A stretch of 64,000 nucleotides of DNA, taken from the NCBI GenBank assembly GCA_040218735.1, contig JAVJQW010000055.1, forward strand, positions 1 to 64,000, read 5' to 3'. This stretch comes from Deltaproteobacteria bacterium. Lineage in GTDB: Bacteria > Myxococcota > Kuafuiibacteriia > Kuafuiibacteriales > Kuafuiibacteriaceae. Below the pieces are notes generated by a model that did not search any database, was not told the origin of the DNA, and saw only the letters and a program-made list of their open reading frames with translations. Position 1 is the stretch's first letter. Each line of letters starts with the position of its first letter. The position numbers and the translations under genes were made by a program. Shown here piece after piece: positions 58,646 to 64,000 of this stretch.

Positions 58646-59026
58646 ATGACCTGGGACTTCTCGATCAATCTGCCGCCGCTTCCGCCGCCGGAGCTCCCGG
58701 ACCCGCGCGTCGAGCAGGCGCGCCAGGCGCCGGGCACCCAGGGGCTCTCCGACAACGTCCTGCGCATGGTCTCCAACATGGAGGACATCGCGAACGCGCA
58801 GGCCTTCATGGCCGACTTCCAGCTCGGGCAGGGGCGCGAGGATCGCGCGGTCGCCGCGTTCGGCCAGGCGATCGTCGCGCTCTCGCACATCGCGGACCCG
58901 CGCGAGCGCTTCCACGCGCAGACGCGTGTGTTCAACCGCGTCGATCGAGACGCGCAGCAGTACGGCGCACGTCGTCTCGCCGACGCCGTCCGCCAGGCGC
59001 GCGTCGCGCGCATGAGTCAGCAGTAG
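58646..59026 (+). CDS. hypothetical protein
   Basis: RBS GAGGGG, Pro-rich N-terminus and coding-like codon usage. Confidence 0.7.
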   Translation: MTWDFSINLPPLPPPELPDPRVEQARQAPGTQGLSDNVLRMVSNMEDIANAQAFMADFQLGQGREDRAVAAFGQAIVALSHIADPRERFHAQTRVFNRVDRDAQQYGARRLADAVRQARVARMSQQ

Positions 59027-59027
59027 G

Positions 59028-60158
59028 TCAGCGCTGGAACGCCGCGACGAACGCGGCTTCGATCTCGGGATCCGACACGTAGACCTCTTCGACGTGGTCC
59101 GAGTCGAGGAGTGTCTTGCACAGGCGCTTGATCGCGTGGCGCGGTGAGTTGGCGTCGAGCGCCGCGAGCGTGAGCTCTTCGACGAGCGCCTTCTTCGACG
59201 CAGCCTCGACCTCGATTGCGCCGGCCTCTTCGAGCTTCGCGAGGACTGCGTCCACCACACGCATCAGCGCGCCCTGCATCGTGTCCTCGGGCGGCGTGTC
59301 GTCGGCGTTCTTCGCCTGCTCGAACCGCGCGAGCCACTCCCGCGCCTGCTGGGCGATGGCGGCGTCACTCGACTCGACCGCCTTCACGACGACGTCGGGC
59401 GCACGGTCCAGGCTCACCGCTGCGGTCAGGTCTTCGAGGTGCGCGAACAACGCGCGGTGTGCGTCGCTCATCGTCTCGGGTTTGCGACGCAACGCGACCC
59501 GCTGCGTCTCGAGCACCTGCATGACCGCCGAGAGCATCCCCACGCGCTCCGCGCCGGGGGCGTCGGGGGCGAGGTCGTCGATCACGAAGACCTCGATGTT
59601 CGGCCAGGTCTTGAGGGACCACGCCTGATAGGCGGCGTGCAGCGGGAGGTCGATGAAGTGCCCGAACACTTCGGCGCCGGACCAGCGCCAGTCGGCGGGC
59701 TCGGCGAGACCGTTCTGCACGGCCTCGACCTCGTCCTTCGTCGCGTCACCCTGTTTGTGCTGGATGATGACCGTCATGAAACGCAGCGCGTCGTCGAGGC
59801 TCGCGATGTCCTGTGACGGATAGCCGTCCGAGAACGGGTAGACGCGGTGCTCGCCGGCGGCGTCCGCGACGGTGTCGACGTACAGGACGTACGGTTCGAG
59901 CGCGGGCGACGCGATCGGCACGAGCTCGGCGACCTGCGCGGCCCACGTCTCCAGCGCGTCGTCCGGTTCCGGCGCGACGGCGATGACCGGGTACGGATCC
60001 TCGACGGCGAACGGGACGCGCGAGAACGCGACGTCGGACTTCGCGCCGTCGACCAGCGCGAGGAAGTCGGTCAGCGCTTCGCCGGTGGACTCCGGCGGGT
60101 TGGAATCAGGTGCGACGGCGGCCCAGTACGCTCGGGCCAACTCTGGATCGATCGGCAT
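59028..60158 (-). CDS. hypothetical protein
   Basis: Acidic, Ala-rich 376-aa frame filling the gap. No family recognised. Confidence 0.7.
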   Translation of the reverse strand: MPIDPELARAYWAAVAPDSNPPESTGEALTDFLALVDGAKSDVAFSRVPFAVEDPYPVIAVAPEPDDALETWAAQVAELVPIASPALEPYVLYVDTVADAAGEHRVYPFSDGYPSQDIASLDDALRFMTVIIQHKQGDATKDEVEAVQNGLAEPADWRWSGAEVFGHFIDLPLHAAYQAWSLKTWPNIEVFVIDDLAPDAPGAERVGMLSAVMQVLETQRVALRRKPETMSDAHRALFAHLEDLTAAVSLDRAPDVVVKAVESSDAAIAQQAREWLARFEQAKNADDTPPEDTMQGALMRVVDAVLAKLEEAGAIEVEAASKKALVEELTLAALDANSPRHAIKRLCKTLLDSDHVEEVYVSDPEIEAAFVAAFQR

Positions 60159-60327
60159 GACGGGAGAGGTGCGCGTGCGGCGCGGTGGCGTCTCTAGCGC
60201 GCGTCGGTCGACCTACGCAAGCACAGAGGCCGAACAGCAGCACGACGGTCCCGACGAAACACGCGGGGGCGACACCTTCGAGATCGAGGAGGGGAATCAT
60301 CCACGGGCTGAGCATGGCCTGGGGGAG

Positions 60328-60343
60328 AGCACAGGTCGGGCCA
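60328..60343 (-). promoter_or_regulatory. candidate sigma54 (-24/-12) promoter
   Basis: Minus strand reads TGGCCCGACCTGTGCT (GG-N10-GC), divergent from a sigma54 activator gene. Confidence 0.5.
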
Positions 60344-60462
60344 AGGCTTCGGAGCCGCCCGAGCGGGGCCGACAGGGCTTGAAAGAGCGCCCCTGAGGAC
60401 TCCGATGTACATTGAGTGCACAGCGGTGTGCATCAGATGTCCGAATCGGCGATGATGGCTCG

Positions 60463-61983
60463 ATGCCTCTCCTCACGGCCCGGGACCGACGCGCGGCCCG
60501 CGCGATTGCCCACCTGACGACCGCAAACCCCTTCTCGGAACGTCGTGTCGAGCTCGAGCGCGAGGCCCTGAAGAAGCAGTTCGTCGGGCCCGCCGTCGCG
60601 TGGTCTTTCGACCCGCTCGCGAAGGAGGTCCGCCCCAACGTGGCCGCGCTCGATCGCCGCGCGGAGGATCTGCTCGCGAAGATGAAGGCCGCGCTCGCGA
60701 CCGGGGCGCGCTTCGTCGACGACGAGGCGCGCCTCTTCGACGACCTCGCGTTGCACCTCGCGTTCGGTCGCTACGAGGACGCGTTCTTTCGGGTGCTCAC
60801 CGAGGGGGCGCCGGTCGACTTCTTCGACGCGTTCGAGACCACCCTCCGCGACGACCGCGCCGCGCCCGGCGTCGCGCCGTACGAACGCGCGGAGGTCACG
60901 CACCTGTTCAGCTTGTTCTTCCAGCTCCGGCGCGCGTTCCACTTCACGTACCGGCGAATCCTCGGCGCCTCGGCACCCGCGGCGCGACTCCGGGAGGAGG
61001 TGTGGCAGTCGATCTTCACGCACGACCTCGACCGCTACCGCGCCGTCCTCTACGACCGCATGCAGGACGTGCCCACGCTGGTCGTCGGCCCCTCGGGCAC
61101 CGGCAAGGAGCTGGTCGCCAACGCGATCGGCCGCTCGCGTTTCATCCCGTACAGCCGCGAGAAGGGCCGTTTCGAGGCCGACTACGACCAGATCTTCCTC
61201 GCGCTGAACCTCGCCGCGCTGTCGCCGACGCTGATCGAATCCGAGCTCTTCGGGCACCGCCGCGGCGCGTTCACGGGGGCGATCGCCGATCGCGAAGGGT
61301 ACCTCGAACGCCCCGCGCCCTACACGACGGTGTTCCTCGACGAGATCGGCGAAGTCGACCCCGCCGTGCAAGTGAAGTTGCTCCGCGTGCTCCAGACGCG
61401 GAACTTCCTTCGCCTCGGCGACGGCGCCGAGCGCACCTTCGGCGGAAAGATCGTCGCGGCCACGCACCGCGACCTCGCCGAACGAATCGCGGACGGGGCG
61501 TTCCGCGAGGACTTCTTCTATCGCCTGTGCGCCGACCGCATCGAGACACCGACACTCGCCGAGCAGCTCGCCGACGATCCGGACGAGCTCGCGCGCGTGG
61601 TTTTGGCCGTGGCCTATCGCGTCGCGGGCCCGCAGATCGCGGAGTCCCTCGCCGACGAGACGGTGGCGACCATCGGCCGGGATCTCGGCCTGGCCTACGC
61701 GTGGCCGGGCAACATGCGGGAGCTCGAGCAGTGTGTGCGGAGTGTCCTCGTCCGCCGCAGCTACCGGCCGTCGGTCGCGTCGCCCGACGACGGTCTGTTC
61801 GCCGACGCCCTCCGCGGTACCCTAACCGCGGAGGAGCTCCTCGTGAGGTACTGCACGCTCGTTTACGTGCAGACCGGCAGCTACGAGGCGGCGGCACGGC
61901 GGTTGCTGATGGATAGGCGTACGGTGAAGCGGAAGGTCGACGCTGAGTGGGCCGAACGCCTCCGAGAAGAGATCCATCCATGA
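60463..61983 (+). CDS. sigma54-dependent transcriptional activator with unrecognised N-terminal domain
   Basis: GPSGTGKE, ESELFGHRRGAFTGA, FLDEIGE, FREDFFYRL and WPGNMREL. Confidence 0.9.
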   Translation: MPLLTARDRRAARAIAHLTTANPFSERRVELEREALKKQFVGPAVAWSFDPLAKEVRPNVAALDRRAEDLLAKMKAALATGARFVDDEARLFDDLALHLAFGRYEDAFFRVLTEGAPVDFFDAFETTLRDDRAAPGVAPYERAEVTHLFSLFFQLRRAFHFTYRRILGASAPAARLREEVWQSIFTHDLDRYRAVLYDRMQDVPTLVVGPSGTGKELVANAIGRSRFIPYSREKGRFEADYDQIFLALNLAALSPTLIESELFGHRRGAFTGAIADREGYLERPAPYTTVFLDEIGEVDPAVQVKLLRVLQTRNFLRLGDGAERTFGGKIVAATHRDLAERIADGAFREDFFYRLCADRIETPTLAEQLADDPDELARVVLAVAYRVAGPQIAESLADETVATIGRDLGLAYAWPGNMRELEQCVRSVLVRRSYRPSVASPDDGLFADALRGTLTAEELLVRYCTLVYVQTGSYEAAARRLLMDRRTVKRKVDAEWAERLREEIHP

Positions 61984-63875
61984 GTCAGTGGAAACTCCTG
62001 AAACGCCGCGGCTTCTCGTCGCTCTTCTTCACGCAGCTCCTCGGCGCGTTCAACGACAACCTGTTCAAGAACGCACTGGTCATCGCGATCACGTATCGCG
62101 CAGCGAGCGTCGCAGGCCTCGGACCGGAGCAGCTCGTCGCGCTGTCGGGGGGCGTCTTCATCCTGCCGTTCTTCTTGTTCTCCGCGACCGCCGGGCAGAT
62201 CGCCGACCGGTTCGCGAAGTCGCGGGTCATTCGGTTCGTGAAGATCCTCGAGATCGGGATCATGTCGGTGGCCGCGTACGGCTTCCTCACGGATCAGCTC
62301 GTGCTGCTGCTGGTGGTGCTGTTCCTGATGGGGTTCCAGTCCGCGATCTTCGGCCCCGCGAAGTACAGCGTGCTGCCGGAGCTGCTGGAGGAGCGTGACC
62401 TCGTCGGCGGCAACGCGATCGTCGAGACCGGGAGCTTCGTCGCGATCCTGTTGGGCACGATCGCAGGCGCGCTGCTGATCTCGATCGAAGGCACCGGGCC
62501 CACGATCCTCGCGGTGGCGGTCGTCGTCGTCGCGGTGCTCGGCTTCGTGACGTCCACGTGGATGCCGAAGCTCGCGCCCGCCGCTCCGGATCTGGAGATC
62601 ACGCCGGACCCGATTCGCCCGACGCTGCAGACCTTCTCCGTCACGCGGAAGAACCGGCCGGTGTTCCTGTCGATCCTCGGCATCAGCTGGTTCTGGTTCC
62701 TCGGCGCTTCACTGATCACGCTGTTGCCCGCGTACTCGAAGGACGTCCTGCACGGCGGCGAGTCGGTGGTGACGACGTTCCTCGCGCTGTTCTGCGTGGG
62801 CATCGCGGTGGGGTCGCTGCTGTGCGAGCGCATGAGCCACCGGATGCTCGAGCTCGGGCTGGTGCCGTTCGGATCGATCGGCATGTCGCTGTTCCTCTTC
62901 GATCTCTTCCTCGTCGGCGCGCCGGAGCTGTCCGGGACCGAGCTGCGTTCGATCGGCACGCTCCTCGGCGAGGGGACCTCGGTGCGCATCGTGTTCGACC
63001 TCGCGGGCCTGTCGATCTTCGGCGGCTTCTACACGGTGCCGCTGTACACGATGATCCAGCAGCGGTCCGCGGCGTCGGAGCGGTCACGCGTCATCGCGGG
63101 CAACAACGTCCTCAACGCGGCGTTCATGGTCGCGGCGTCGCTGATGCTGATCGGCCTGTTCGCGGCCGGTTTCAGCATCCCGCAGATCTGGGGCGTGCTC
63201 GCGCTGTTGAACGCCGCGGTCGCGGTCTACATCTACACGGTCATCCCGGAGTTCCTGCTCCGCTTCGGCGCGTGGATCCTCGCGAACGTGATGTACCGCG
63301 TGCGCATCACCGGCCGCGACCACATCCCCACCGAGGGCCCGGCGGTGTTGGTGTGCAACCACGTCACCTTCATCGACTGGCTGATCGTCGCCAGCGCGTG
63401 CCCGAGGCCGGTGCGCTTCGTGATGTACCACGGCTACTTCGATCGCCCGGTGATCCGCACGCTCTTCCGTGACGCGAAGGTCATCCCGATCGCCCCCGCC
63501 CACGAGTCGGAGGCGGTCCTCGACGCCGCCTTCGATCGCATCGCCGCCGAGCTCGAGGACGGCGAGATGGTCTGCATCTTCCCCGAGGGCAAGCTCACGA
63601 AGGACGGCAAGATGAACCCGTTCCGGAGCGGCGTCGAACGCATCGTGCAGCGCACGCCGGTCCCCGTGATCCCGATGGCGCTCGGCGGCATGTGGGGGAG
63701 CTTCTTCTCGAAGGGCGGAGGCAAGGCGTTCTCGCGGATCTGGTCGAGGGTGTCGCTCGCGATCGGCGCGCCGGTCACGGCGGAGCAGGTGAGCGCCGCC
63801 GATCTGCAAGCTCGGGTGGGCGTTCTCGGCGCGGAGCACGACGAGCGCGGCGCGCCGCAGCCCGCGCAGAGCTGA
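61980..63875 (+). CDS. MFS transporter fused to PlsC-type acyltransferase (LplT/Aas-like)
   Basis: TQLLGAFNDNLFK, FGPAKYSVLPE, RSRVIAGNN, NHVTFID and IFPEG. Confidence 0.92.
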   Translation: MSQWKLLKRRGFSSLFFTQLLGAFNDNLFKNALVIAITYRAASVAGLGPEQLVALSGGVFILPFFLFSATAGQIADRFAKSRVIRFVKILEIGIMSVAAYGFLTDQLVLLLVVLFLMGFQSAIFGPAKYSVLPELLEERDLVGGNAIVETGSFVAILLGTIAGALLISIEGTGPTILAVAVVVVAVLGFVTSTWMPKLAPAAPDLEITPDPIRPTLQTFSVTRKNRPVFLSILGISWFWFLGASLITLLPAYSKDVLHGGESVVTTFLALFCVGIAVGSLLCERMSHRMLELGLVPFGSIGMSLFLFDLFLVGAPELSGTELRSIGTLLGEGTSVRIVFDLAGLSIFGGFYTVPLYTMIQQRSAASERSRVIAGNNVLNAAFMVAASLMLIGLFAAGFSIPQIWGVLALLNAAVAVYIYTVIPEFLLRFGAWILANVMYRVRITGRDHIPTEGPAVLVCNHVTFIDWLIVASACPRPVRFVMYHGYFDRPVIRTLFRDAKVIPIAPAHESEAVLDAAFDRIAAELEDGEMVCIFPEGKLTKDGKMNPFRSGVERIVQRTPVPVIPMALGGMWGSFFSKGGGKAFSRIWSRVSLAIGAPVTAEQVSAADLQARVGVLGAEHDERGAPQPAQS

Positions 63876-64000
63876 CGAAGTCCTAGGTTTCGGAGAGCTC
63901 GCCACCCTCCGACGGCGGAACGGAGAGCTGCCCGGCTGCGCGCTCGACTTCCTTCGTTCGGATCTCATCGTACTGGCGCTGCAGGTGTCGCGCGTCGGAG

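Overview
GC-rich, gene-dense 64 kb window whose content points to a myxobacterium-like (Myxococcota/deltaproteobacterial) genome: Cys-rich repeats, a MYXO-CTERM-like tail, an FHA-sigma54 activator next to a Ser/Thr kinase, PilT and many lipoproteins. About 48 genes are supported. No rRNA, tRNA, CRISPR array, transposase or integrase was recognised. The most unusual feature is at the left edge (1-1106). Two divergent four-helix-bundle (IVP/Avd-like) genes sit back to back, one truncated by the window edge and missing from the ORF track. Their upstream leaders share two conserved motifs and a hairpin, and each has a different 23-24 nt arm complementary to its own gene's start region. The complete gene is followed by a GNRA-capped hairpin and a 37-unit NNNCGG hexamer array. 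Other notable loci: an SGNH-carbamoyltransferase fusion beside a DprE2/UbiA/GT-C arabinose-donor-like set, a lipoprotein vanadium haloperoxidase, Ppx with a poly-Lys tail, an mbnP-mbnH pair, a matrixin-tectonin protease, a small-peptide/P450/methyltransferase operon, and divergent glgB/glgA with N-terminal extensions and a variant ADP-glucose loop. All family calls come from reading motifs by eye; no database searches were run, and several start codons are estimates.
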